From the NCBI GenBank assembly GCA_048887225.1, contig JBHLJY010000022.1, forward strand, positions 1 through 43,170: DNA of 43,170 nt. The letters run 5' to 3'. The notes beneath the pieces are model-generated. The model saw only the letters and a list, made by a program, of their open reading frames with translations, had not been told where the DNA came from and searched no databases. This document shows, piece by piece, positions 27,834-37,070 of this stretch. The position numbers were made by a program, and so were the translations under genes. The stretch comes from Candidatus Hodarchaeota archaeon. Its GTDB lineage: Archaea > Asgardarchaeota > Lokiarchaeia > Sigyniarchaeales > SOKP01. How positions within the stretch are numbered: the stretch's first letter is position 1; each line of letters starts with the position of its first letter.

Positions 27834-28307
27834 ATGGCACAAAATTTTGAGTTTAATTTAGGGAATTTAAAAGTAGAACAATTGAGTTATGTTTATAAGG
27901 ACATTAAAAAACAGGCGAAAATTATGGAGGATATATACGGCATTCCTAAATTCGCACAAATGGAAAATATAACTCATCAAGATGCTACATATCGTGGTAA
28001 AGAAGTTACAATTGTATTAGATTATGCATTTAGTCGTTTACTCAATGTACAAATTGAGCTACAGCAATGGAAAAGTGGAGAAAGCCTATTTAAGGAATTC
28101 ATTGATCATGGAAAAGAAGGGCTCCACAGCATAGGTGTGTATGTAGATGATTTAGAATCTTATGTGGAAGAATTTAAGAGAAGGAATATAGATGTTTTAC
28201 AAACTGGTCAAGTAGGTAAACAAAAATTTGTTTATTTGGATACTGAAAAAACTTTTGGGGTCCTACTAGAAATTTCAACAACACTGAAGCGACGGAAAAA
28301 GAAGTAA
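27834..28307 (+). CDS. VOC/glyoxalase-fold protein (methylmalonyl-CoA epimerase-like)
   Basis: VEQLSYV, QIELQQ, FKEFIDHGKEGLHSIG, YLDT...GVLLEI. Confidence 0.8.
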   Translation: MAQNFEFNLGNLKVEQLSYVYKDIKKQAKIMEDIYGIPKFAQMENITHQDATYRGKEVTIVLDYAFSRLLNVQIELQQWKSGESLFKEFIDHGKEGLHSIGVYVDDLESYVEEFKRRNIDVLQTGQVGKQKFVYLDTEKTFGVLLEISTTLKRRKKK

Positions 28308-28374
28308 GAATGCCTACTTAATAATTAAAAGTTTTTTCTATATTATATTTAAAATTAAAAAAAAAGAAAAGAAA

Positions 28375-29229
28375 TTAAATTTTCCTTCCAGTCTTGCGCC
28401 TGGCACGCTTATAAAGTCTGTCTAGTACACCGCGAATCATATCGGGATCTTCTCTCATATCTTTTCTTTGAATAGCAGCCTCACCTGGTAGAATTTCAAA
28501 ATTCTCATTTAGAATCCCATCAATAAATACTTCAGCTACTTCCTCCGCACTCATAACTGTACCCGATTCTGAAATGATTTTGCATTCTTCTGGTTTTAGT
28601 TTATTTTCTTCAGCTAACCCAGGAGTATCTGTATCTGTTGGAAAAAGGATTGAAACTTTGATATTATAAGGTAGTAATTCGTGTCGTAAGATTTCTGCTA
28701 AGCCAACAAGAGCAAATTTCGAGGGACAATACGTTGTATACCCCATAATTGCCATAAATCCTAAAACTGAAGATGTAATAGTAATATAACCTCTTTTAGC
28801 TTCCATAAAATATGGTAAAACTATAAGAGTAGGAATTAACTGCCCGTAATAGTTTAAATCCATATTCTTTTTAAAATCTTCAAGGGTTAATTTTTCAAGA
28901 TATTGGACATAAGCATAGCCGACAAAGTTAAATAAATAATCTGGCACTCCATGTTTATCAATAAAATCTGTTAAGAGTGGTTTTAACTTGTCCATATCAG
29001 TAGTATCACAAGAAATAATTTCAACAAATTGAGAATCATCAGATTTTAATTTATTACATTCTTTCTCTATTTCTTTTAAGGCTTCCATACCCCTTGCTAT
29101 AATGCATACACTACCACCTAACTGGACAAAATCTCTGGCTGTAGCCTTTCCCATTCCTTTAGATCCACCGGGGATAATAGCAATTTTCCCTTTAAAGGGT
29201 TGAGCTTCAATTAATTTTTGGTTGGTCAT
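28375..29229 (-). CDS. Short-chain dehydrogenase/reductase, 3-ketodihydrosphingosine reductase (KDSR/Tsc10)-like
   Basis: PGGSKGMG, IARG, NYYG, TSS, YCPSK, and FPTDTDTPGLAEENKLKP...IS. Confidence 0.85.
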   Translation of the reverse strand: MTNQKLIEAQPFKGKIAIIPGGSKGMGKATARDFVQLGGSVCIIARGMEALKEIEKECNKLKSDDSQFVEIISCDTTDMDKLKPLLTDFIDKHGVPDYLFNFVGYAYVQYLEKLTLEDFKKNMDLNYYGQLIPTLIVLPYFMEAKRGYITITSSVLGFMAIMGYTTYCPSKFALVGLAEILRHELLPYNIKVSILFPTDTDTPGLAEENKLKPEECKIISESGTVMSAEEVAEVFIDGILNENFEILPGEAAIQRKDMREDPDMIRGVLDRLYKRARRKTGRKI

Positions 29230-29269
29230 TTTTTTTCACAATAATTTTTTATCTTTTTTATTAATTATT

Positions 29270-30895
29270 TTATTCTTTATTTAAGCGTTTATATGTTTTT
29301 CTCATAATTTTATAAATATTTAGATACTCTTTGAAGAGTTTTTCATAGATCTCTCGATTTTCGGGATTTGGTTTAAAAGTATTAGAGAATTCAATATGTT
29401 TTGCTATATGGTCCCATTCGATATATCCAAGTCCAACAGAAGCAATAAATGCGGCTCCCCGGGCATTTGCCTGTATAGGATCTTTCACTTGATTTATTTT
29501 CCTATTAAGTACATCCGCAAATATCTGACACCAAACATTGCTACTTCCACCTCCACCTATGATATTGAGTTCAGGCATGATAAAATCTCCTTTTTTCATT
29601 CCAGGGTTTTCCTTTTTAATCCATTTTTCAATAAATTTCTCCACATACATAAATAACCATTTTATATTATAAGCAACACCTTCAAATATAGCTCTAATTA
29701 TATGTTCACGCGACATCTCTAAGGATAGATTATATAAACCTCCACGAATTGTAGGATTTTCAACAGGGGTTCTCTCTCCGATAAGCCAAGGAGTAAAAAT
29801 AAGATTATTAGATCCTGCTGGTGTATTTTCGACAATTCGATCGAAAATTTTATAAACATCAGGAACAGCCTCTTCTTTTAAAAGTTCGTCTTTATGGTAT
29901 AATATTTTATCTCTAAGAAAAGATAAAGCTCCTCCAGCAATTTCTTGCTCGTTTCCTAAAATATATCTACCAGGAATTCCAGAAGGAATACTCGCCATCA
30001 TATGAAATATATCGGTTTTTTTATACGGTACATGACATGTTACCCAATCTGAAGTGCCAATATAAATGTGGCCTTCATAATTTCTGACGGCACCAGAACC
30101 TATAGCTGCGGAAAGTACATCAGGCGCTCCCATCACTACTTTTGTGTCTTTTTGTAGACCTAACTCGTCCGCAACCGATTTTTTAATTGTTCCTAAAATA
30201 TCTGTTGAGATTTTCAATTCGGGTAATTTATCAGAACCAATTTTTAATTTTTTTATTAATTTTTTAGAATAATTGATATTATTGACATCTCGAATGTCTG
30301 TGCACCAATGTAGATGGATTGATGCCGTTGATGCCGCAAAATTTCCAGTTAACTTAAAGTTTACATAATCCTGGGGCTCTAAAAACTTATGTGTCTTTTC
30401 ATAAATATCTGGAAGTTCATTTTTTATCCAAAAGATATGTCCAATTGGATCTTTACCAGATGGAGCAGGTGCTCCTCCTGTTATTTTAAGCCAAGTAAGT
30501 ACTTTACCTAAAGAATACCCAGAAACTTGTATCAAGCCTTTAAAAAATTTTTCTATAAATTCAGCTCCACGAGTGTCCATCCATATAATTGAATTATATA
30601 GGTGATTTCCGTTTTGATCCACAGCAACAGACCCCCCCCACTGACTCGTATTACATACACCTACAATATCTTCAACTGGCACACAGCCAGTATCGATAAC
30701 TTGCTTCGCTGTGTTCTTGATGGCATTCCACCAATCATCTGGATTTTGCTCTACCCCACCACCTTTAAACACATGTAGAGGTACTTCTTCAAAAGCCCAT
30801 TCAAGGACATCCCCATGAGTTGACACAATAGCCGATTTTGGTCCCCCCGTACCGTGATCTATTGCTAAAATAAATTTCTTTTCGGTTTTTGACAT
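29270..30895 (-). CDS. FGGY-family carbohydrate/polyol kinase (xylulokinase-like)
   Basis: IDHGTGG, VEQNPDDWW, IIWMDTR, GAPD, IGTS, PWLIGERTP, FEGVA, IGGG. Confidence 0.92.
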   Translation of the reverse strand: MSKTEKKFILAIDHGTGGPKSAIVSTHGDVLEWAFEEVPLHVFKGGGVEQNPDDWWNAIKNTAKQVIDTGCVPVEDIVGVCNTSQWGGSVAVDQNGNHLYNSIIWMDTRGAEFIEKFFKGLIQVSGYSLGKVLTWLKITGGAPAPSGKDPIGHIFWIKNELPDIYEKTHKFLEPQDYVNFKLTGNFAASTASIHLHWCTDIRDVNNINYSKKLIKKLKIGSDKLPELKISTDILGTIKKSVADELGLQKDTKVVMGAPDVLSAAIGSGAVRNYEGHIYIGTSDWVTCHVPYKKTDIFHMMASIPSGIPGRYILGNEQEIAGGALSFLRDKILYHKDELLKEEAVPDVYKIFDRIVENTPAGSNNLIFTPWLIGERTPVENPTIRGGLYNLSLEMSREHIIRAIFEGVAYNIKWLFMYVEKFIEKWIKKENPGMKKGDFIMPELNIIGGGGSSNVWCQIFADVLNRKINQVKDPIQANARGAAFIASVGLGYIEWDHIAKHIEFSNTFKPNPENREIYEKLFKEYLNIYKIMRKTYKRLNKE

Positions 30896-31058
30896 AAATA
30901 ATACTAATATAGATCTTTTTTTGAATGTTTGTAAATAATATTTAATGTTTTAAACCATAACCTTATTTTCTGATGATTTCATTTCTTTATTATTGAAATT
31001 TAAATTTAAATTAAATATGTTAAAATAGCAATATAGGGGTTGTTGACCTAAATTGAGT

Positions 31059-32456
31059 ATGAAATATGAAGAACAAATTGCTAAAATACAGAATATAGTT
31101 AATTCTCCAATGAGAAAATTTAAACCTGAAGAGTTAAAAGGGATAATAGAACGTTATCATAAAAATCATACTAAGTCTAAAGAAGCTTTCTATAGGGCAC
31201 GCAAGATTATACCCGGCGGAGTTGAGCACAACCTTGCATTTAATTTTCCTTTTCCATTAGCGAGTAAAAAAGTTTACGATTGCTGGATGGAAACCGTAGA
31301 CGATATAGTATTGACCGACTACCTTATGTGTGGCGGGCCAATAATTCTTGGGCATAATTACCCGCCTTTAATTGAAAAAGTCGTTGAAGTAATTCAGGAA
31401 ATTGGTCCGTGCCATGGAATCACTCATGAATACGAGTATCTCGCCGCAGAGGAAATACAGAAACATTTTCCCTCGTGTGAGATCGTCAGATGGTTACAGT
31501 CTGGCACAGAGGCTGATATGCTTGCCATAAGAATTGCGAGAGCATTTACTAATAGAAAATGGGTCATAAAAATTGGTGGAAGTTATCATGGTTGGAGCGA
31601 TCAACTTACATATGATATGCACATACCAGGTACAAAATTGTTAGAATCCCATGGAATACCAAAGCCTGTATTTAAATTTATTGAATCTGTCCATCCAAAT
31701 GATATTGAAGCATTAAGAGAGGTATTTAAAGAAAAAAGAAAAATAGCAGCAGTGATATTGGAACCGATGGGTGGAGAATCTGGAGCTAATCCTGTAAGAC
31801 CTGAATTTAATAAAGAGGTGGAAGAATTATGCCGTGAAAACAGGGCGTTATTAATATCTGATGAGGTTGTTTGTGCATTTAGGCTACATATGGGAGGAGG
31901 CCAAGCGTATTTTGGTTTTACCCCTGACATTTCCGTTTTTGCTAAAATTATTGGCCATGGTTTTCCATCTGCGGCTGCTATAGGCGGGAGAGCAGATGTA
32001 ATGGCTGTTTGTGGAGCTGGAGTAACTGGTGGAAAACGAGCCTATACAGGAGGAACTATAGCAGCAAATCCTTTAACTTGTGCTGCAGCATATCATGCCA
32101 TTAAGCTTGTTGAAGAAACTAACGCAACACAAAAAGCTGGTCGCGCTGGAACCCGACTATCTGAAGGTTTGAATGAGGTCTTTGAAAAACACGAGCTACC
32201 ATGGTTTTCTTATAATTACGGTGCTACTGTACATTTTCACACTAGTTGCGTGTTTGGATTAGATCTCGACGATAACACTCAAGTAGGCCAAATTCCTTTA
32301 CGAAAGGACTTTATGGGGGAGATGGGAGCCGCATTAGTCGATCAAGAAATAATATCCGTTGCAGGAAGCAGGTTTTACACATGCATGCAACATACAGACG
32401 AAATTGTTGACAAAACTATACAAAAAATTGACAATATCTGTCAGATGATTGAATAA
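31059..32456 (+). CDS. Class III PLP-dependent aminotransferase (glutamate-1-semialdehyde aminomutase-like)
   Basis: IPGGV, ILGH, SGTEA, SYHG, ILEP, DEVV, FAKIIG (PLP Lys), GGTIAANP. Alternative TTG start at 31053. Confidence 0.9.
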   Translation: MKYEEQIAKIQNIVNSPMRKFKPEELKGIIERYHKNHTKSKEAFYRARKIIPGGVEHNLAFNFPFPLASKKVYDCWMETVDDIVLTDYLMCGGPIILGHNYPPLIEKVVEVIQEIGPCHGITHEYEYLAAEEIQKHFPSCEIVRWLQSGTEADMLAIRIARAFTNRKWVIKIGGSYHGWSDQLTYDMHIPGTKLLESHGIPKPVFKFIESVHPNDIEALREVFKEKRKIAAVILEPMGGESGANPVRPEFNKEVEELCRENRALLISDEVVCAFRLHMGGGQAYFGFTPDISVFAKIIGHGFPSAAAIGGRADVMAVCGAGVTGGKRAYTGGTIAANPLTCAAAYHAIKLVEETNATQKAGRAGTRLSEGLNEVFEKHELPWFSYNYGATVHFHTSCVFGLDLDDNTQVGQIPLRKDFMGEMGAALVDQEIISVAGSRFYTCMQHTDEIVDKTIQKIDNICQMIE

Positions 32457-32567
32457 TTATACTATTATTCTATTAATTTTTATCTTATTTTGTTTAATCT
32501 TTTTAATTGCTTTAATTCTGACTTATTTAATAAATCCTTTTTAATGATCAAATTTTGAAAATAACTA

Positions 32568-33587
32568 ATGATTATATTAATTATTTTATTTCTTGCTTTA
32601 GGTTTTATTGGTTTATATTTTGGTGCCAAAATTGTTGTAATTGGACTTGAAAACATATCAAATCGATTACATTTAAGCCATTTAGTGGTTGGACTTACTA
32701 TTTTAGCAATCGGTACAAGTTTGCCAGAAATTGCTATAAGTATTGCAGGGGGTTTTGATAAATTATATGGAATAAGTCCTAATATTGATGGAATCGTCAT
32801 TGGAAATATAATAGGTTCGTTCCTTACAAATCTCACACTTATTTTAGGGATTTTAGGGATAAGTCAAAAGATATTTGTTAGTAAGTGGGAGTTAAGAAGA
32901 GAAGGTACAATGCTATTCATTTCAATAATTATTTTTCTTTTTTTTGCGATTGATGGTTTATTAACTCAATTAGAGGCTCTATTAATGATGATTTCTTATT
33001 CAATTTACTTAATATTTATTATATGGAGCGAAAAAAGAATCGAAAAAAAAGAAATTGAGTTTGCGTGTTCTGAGAGGGAACGCCTTGACCCACATTGCTT
33101 TGAAACGGTTGATTATGCCATAAAGACAAAATCTATGAAGTCTGATATTGGAATTTTTATAATAGGATTAATAATACTAATTATTGCAGCAGAGATCACT
33201 GTTCTCTCAGCTCATAGTATAGCCATGGAACTAAATATTCCTGAAAATGTCATAGGCATATTGATTGTGGGATTAGGAACGAGTTTACCAGAATTAGTAG
33301 CAGATTTAACAGCTTTAAGGCGAGAATCACATGGAATCGCAGTAGGAGATATTCTAGGTTCAAATATATGTGATATTCTCATAGCCACAGGAGCTGGCTC
33401 AATTATATCTGAATTTTCTGTTCCTTCAGTAATATTATATTTCGATATCCCTATGTTGTTAATCGCAACATCAATCGTATGTTATTTTTTATGGTCGGAA
33501 AGAGAACTTAAAAGATGGGAAGCTGTTTTTTTAATTGGTTTTTACGGATTTTACGCTTTGCTAAAAGTTTTATTTTTTCAAATATGA
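32568..33587 (+). CDS. Cation/Ca2+ antiporter (CaCA, YrbG/NCX_Mj-like)
   Basis: Two alpha repeats, GTSLPE...GNIIGS and GTSLPE...GDILGSN; about 10 TM helices. Confidence 0.92.
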   Translation: MIILIILFLALGFIGLYFGAKIVVIGLENISNRLHLSHLVVGLTILAIGTSLPEIAISIAGGFDKLYGISPNIDGIVIGNIIGSFLTNLTLILGILGISQKIFVSKWELRREGTMLFISIIIFLFFAIDGLLTQLEALLMMISYSIYLIFIIWSEKRIEKKEIEFACSERERLDPHCFETVDYAIKTKSMKSDIGIFIIGLIILIIAAEITVLSAHSIAMELNIPENVIGILIVGLGTSLPELVADLTALRRESHGIAVGDILGSNICDILIATGAGSIISEFSVPSVILYFDIPMLLIATSIVCYFLWSERELKRWEAVFLIGFYGFYALLKVLFFQI

Positions 33588-33652
33588 TTCCTTCTCTTTA
33601 AATTATTCTTAACTATTAAAGTTATAAATAATTGTCTCATTATTTTATTAAA

Positions 33653-34408
33653 ATGATTGATGAAAAAAAGATATCTGAAGCGGCAGAAGTAATAAAAGAT
33701 TCGAATTATATCGTAGTATTTTCAGGGGCGGGTATCTCTACAGAATCGGGAATCGAAGACTTTAGAAGCGAAGGCGGTCTTTGGAGTCGGTACGATCCTT
33801 CGATCTATGCAAGTTATTATTATTTCCTCCAAGATCCATCTAAATTTTGGGAAATGCATAAAGAATTAGAAGGTACTGTCGCTAATGCTGAACCTAATTA
33901 TGCTCATATTGCTATAGCAGAACTTGAGAAGCTTGGAAAAGTAAAGGCAGTGATTACTCAAAATATTGACATGCTCCATCAAAAAGCTGGAAGTGGATCT
34001 TATGGCGCAAATATATATGAGTTACATGGGTCATACGGCGTATTACATTGCGTTGAATGTAAGAAAGAATTTACCTACGAGGATGTGGATATTATAAGCG
34101 TGAAATATCCCGCATGCGAGTGTTCTGGTTTCATAAAACCAAAAGTAGTCCTATTTGGAGAATCTTTACCCCCCGGTGTTCTTGATGGTGCTATGAGTGT
34201 ATGTCGAGATTGCGATTGTTTTATAATGGTTGGTTCAAGTCTAGCCATAAGTCCAGCTAATTTTATGCCTAGTATCGCAAAGAATTACGGGGCATATGTT
34301 ATTTTCATCAATAGAGATAATACTTTAATGGATGCTCTCGCAAATATATTTTTAAAAGGGAGTGCATCTCAGATATTTACCGAATTAATGAAGAATATTA
34401 AAGAATAA
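33653..34408 (+). CDS. cobB: Sir2/CobB NAD-dependent protein deacylase
   Basis: GAGISTESGIEDFR, TQNID, HG, CVEC...CEC zinc site, VVLFGE, GSSL, IN. ATG at 33653; the ORF track starts at TTG 33632. Confidence 0.93.
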   Translation: MIDEKKISEAAEVIKDSNYIVVFSGAGISTESGIEDFRSEGGLWSRYDPSIYASYYYFLQDPSKFWEMHKELEGTVANAEPNYAHIAIAELEKLGKVKAVITQNIDMLHQKAGSGSYGANIYELHGSYGVLHCVECKKEFTYEDVDIISVKYPACECSGFIKPKVVLFGESLPPGVLDGAMSVCRDCDCFIMVGSSLAISPANFMPSIAKNYGAYVIFINRDNTLMDALANIFLKGSASQIFTELMKNIKE

Positions 34409-34636
34409 TATTTCTTTTCAAAAAAGTCAATATTTAAATATTCTTAAATTAATGTTATAGATGCAAATACAATATTATACATAAGGATATTAAACCATCA
34501 ATTAATAAGATTATATTATTAATCTTTAGAGAGCCACATCCATAACAAGAATACAATTGTATAGGTAATTAAATCTAATTTATACGCATAATTAGTTAAA
34601 GAATTCAAACACTTTCAATAGGGGATTTATGATAAA

Positions 34637-35602
34637 ATGTTTACAATTACATTAGCTATCATAGGTTTTATAATAGGAGTAGCTATTATTGCATACTCAA
34701 GTAATATCGCAGTTAAGCATTCTGCTACATTAGCGGCTCAGTTGGGGATCTCTAATCTAGTTATTGGTGTAACTCTCGTAGCAATAGGAACAGATATATC
34801 TGAAATATTTAACTCAATAATTTCATGCGCTTTGGGTCATGGAGATATAGATGTTGGAGATTCTGTTGGCTCAGATTTAACTCAATTAACCTTAGTGTTT
34901 GGTCTTTTGCCATTTATATGTGGTACCTTTAAAGTTAGAAGAAGGGAATTTCTCATTTTAGGAGCATGTGAGATATTATCACTTATAGTGATTTATGCTA
35001 TAGTTCAAAAAGGATATATTACAAGGTTAGATGCAATATTCATGGTAGGCAGTTTAGGGCTTTACCTATTTATAATATATCAAGTTACTAAGGATACCAT
35101 CATAGAACGTGTAGACTTGGTAATAACAAAAACAGATAAAAGTAAAAAATACCATGCAATAATAGCAACTTTAGGATTTCTTGGAGTGGCTTTTAGTTCT
35201 TATATGATTGTTCTATCTGTAATAACATTATCTCTAGAGTTGGGTGTCCATGAATTTGTTATTAGCTTTATTTTTTTAAGTCTTGCAACTTCCCTTCCTG
35301 AACTAGCAGTAGATATTACTGCACTTAGAAAAAAGCATTATAATATGGCCATTGGAGATATAATTGGATCTTGTATAGTAGATAGCACGCTAAGTATTGG
35401 TATAGGTCAAGTATTTTTTCCACAAGCCGTATCTGCCGATTTAGCAATTCCAGCAATCTTATATACTATGTTTGCAAGTTTCATAGTAATCGTCATTGTC
35501 TCTTCTAGGCAAAAAGTAGATAAAAAAGCGGGAGCGATTTTTATAGCCCTTTATGCAATATCATTTATCGTCTTATTTTCTGTGTGGGCAACGCTTTATT
35601 AA
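34637..35602 (+). CDS. Second CaCA-family antiporter with divergent alpha-1 repeat
   Basis: GTDISE...GDSVGSD and ATSLPE...GDIIGSC; about 10 TM helices. Confidence 0.88.
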   Translation: MFTITLAIIGFIIGVAIIAYSSNIAVKHSATLAAQLGISNLVIGVTLVAIGTDISEIFNSIISCALGHGDIDVGDSVGSDLTQLTLVFGLLPFICGTFKVRRREFLILGACEILSLIVIYAIVQKGYITRLDAIFMVGSLGLYLFIIYQVTKDTIIERVDLVITKTDKSKKYHAIIATLGFLGVAFSSYMIVLSVITLSLELGVHEFVISFIFLSLATSLPELAVDITALRKKHYNMAIGDIIGSCIVDSTLSIGIGQVFFPQAVSADLAIPAILYTMFASFIVIVIVSSRQKVDKKAGAIFIALYAISFIVLFSVWATLY

Positions 35603-35651
35603 ATATAAAAGAGAAATCTTCTTCATTTAATACTTAGTATTAATAATAAAT

Positions 35652-35999
35652 TTAGCGTGGAAGATAGAATTTACAAAGTTCACATTGATACGCTGACAAT
35701 CTTCGTTCAGGTCCTAAAATAATATATTTATCCTTCATGGCACCTCCACATTTGGGACAATGCTGCACGAAATTTGCTTTAATATGATTTAATACAATTG
35801 TTAGCCCTCGTTCAAGTGTCATTAAATGTTTAGCGTTTGCGATTATTTTTTCCGCTGATGTCATTCCAATTCCTTTAACAAAAGCTAATTCAGCGGGCTT
35901 AGCATTAGCTACTTGCTCAATAGTGGAGATTCCTGCCTTAAATAGTCTTGAGGCTGCGACAGCCCCAATTCCCCAAATGCGAACGAGTTCTTCTGACAT
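35652..35999 (-). CDS. Small helix-hairpin-helix protein with C-terminal zinc ribbon
   Basis: IWGIG...AGI and VKGIG HhH motifs; CPKC...CELC. Confidence 0.8.
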   Translation of the reverse strand: MSEELVRIWGIGAVAASRLFKAGISTIEQVANAKPAELAFVKGIGMTSAEKIIANAKHLMTLERGLTIVLNHIKANFVQHCPKCGGAMKDKYIILGPERRLSAYQCELCKFYLPR

Positions 36000-36128
36000 A
36001 AAAAGAATTACTTAATAGAATTTCTAAAAGATTAATTTTAGGAACAGAACTAAAATCTAATTTTAATATAGTAATTTATTAGTAAAAATAAAATTTAAGA
36101 AAAAAAAATTTGAAATTTGAAAGAATAA

Positions 36129-36848
36129 TTATTTTTTAAGCTGGCGCCCGACGCCATAATATAATAAAACCGCTGTAGCATATAGTGATAATCCAGCAAT
36201 AGAGGTTATCAATCTGAATGTGGGATCATTTAAGAAATTTGAAATCGATACTAAATAAAGAATTAAGAAATAAGGAAGGATACCCAAAATAAAAAGTAGC
36301 CATCTCCTTTGGATTACTTTATCCTCAAATGAGTTGTAAATCTGTATCAAAAGATAAGTTAACGGTATTATTATAAAAACACCCACAACTATAATCGCAT
36401 ATAGCATAAAAGGTAAATTCCAGACAGGTCTCCAATTAGTAGATTCATTAATAGTTATACCATTTGTAAATAAAGCTATTGGTGCTAGCATTAAAAGTAG
36501 AATGAAATAAACAATTGCAATAATGTTATGTGTCTTTATAGTGACTACTTTCTCTGATTTCCATATTATTAAACAAAATATTAACAAATACAATGGTGCA
36601 TAACAGAAGACGAAATATGTTATAAAATGTAGTACTATAACGACCACCTCTATTGTAAGTGAAGCATAAATCACATTTATAACTGTAGCAGATGCGGATA
36701 AAAGGTAAAAAGTTGCGAAAATTTGATTCAAACGTTTAGTGTCTCTTTTAAGAATCAATATTCCAAAAAAGAAATAAACTATACCCATCCCTAACTGTAC
36801 AATATAAATTTGGATAATTCTTACGGGGTCTAATTGAAGAAGAACCAT
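36129..36848 (-). CDS. Stand-alone seven-transmembrane protein (sensor-domain-like)
   Basis: Seven hydrophobic segments and no soluble output domain. Confidence 0.65.
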   Translation of the reverse strand: MVLLQLDPVRIIQIYIVQLGMGIVYFFFGILILKRDTKRLNQIFATFYLLSASATVINVIYASLTIEVVVIVLHFITYFVFCYAPLYLLIFCLIIWKSEKVVTIKTHNIIAIVYFILLLMLAPIALFTNGITINESTNWRPVWNLPFMLYAIIVVGVFIIIPLTYLLIQIYNSFEDKVIQRRWLLFILGILPYFLILYLVSISNFLNDPTFRLITSIAGLSLYATAVLLYYGVGRQLKK

Positions 36849-37070
36849 AAAATCAACTCTTTTTATCAGTTGTCTATTTTTTAATACAAATGATAAATAT
36901 ATTGTAATTTCTGATTATAAAAATTTTCTCAATATAATACTATTTCAAATTTTTCAATTTTTTATATCATTTTATGTTTTCTATACTAAAATACTTATTT
37001 TTAAAACAAAAGCATATAAAATCTGCAATTAATTATATTTATTTAATTTAAAACTGAATCTTGCGATAAG

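Noticed and set aside
31059-32456. Calling the class III enzyme hemL
   Set aside because: No tetrapyrrole genes are nearby, it has an N-terminal extension, and its context is kinase/SDR; only the family-level call is supported.
34409-34636. Metal- or sodium-sensing riboswitch upstream of the second antiporter
   Set aside because: I could not find yybP-ykoY or other riboswitch consensus elements or convincing stems by eye; an Rfam scan would settle it.
36129-36848. Rhodopsin
   Set aside because: No Lys in helix 7 and no helix-3 RY/counter-ion motif.
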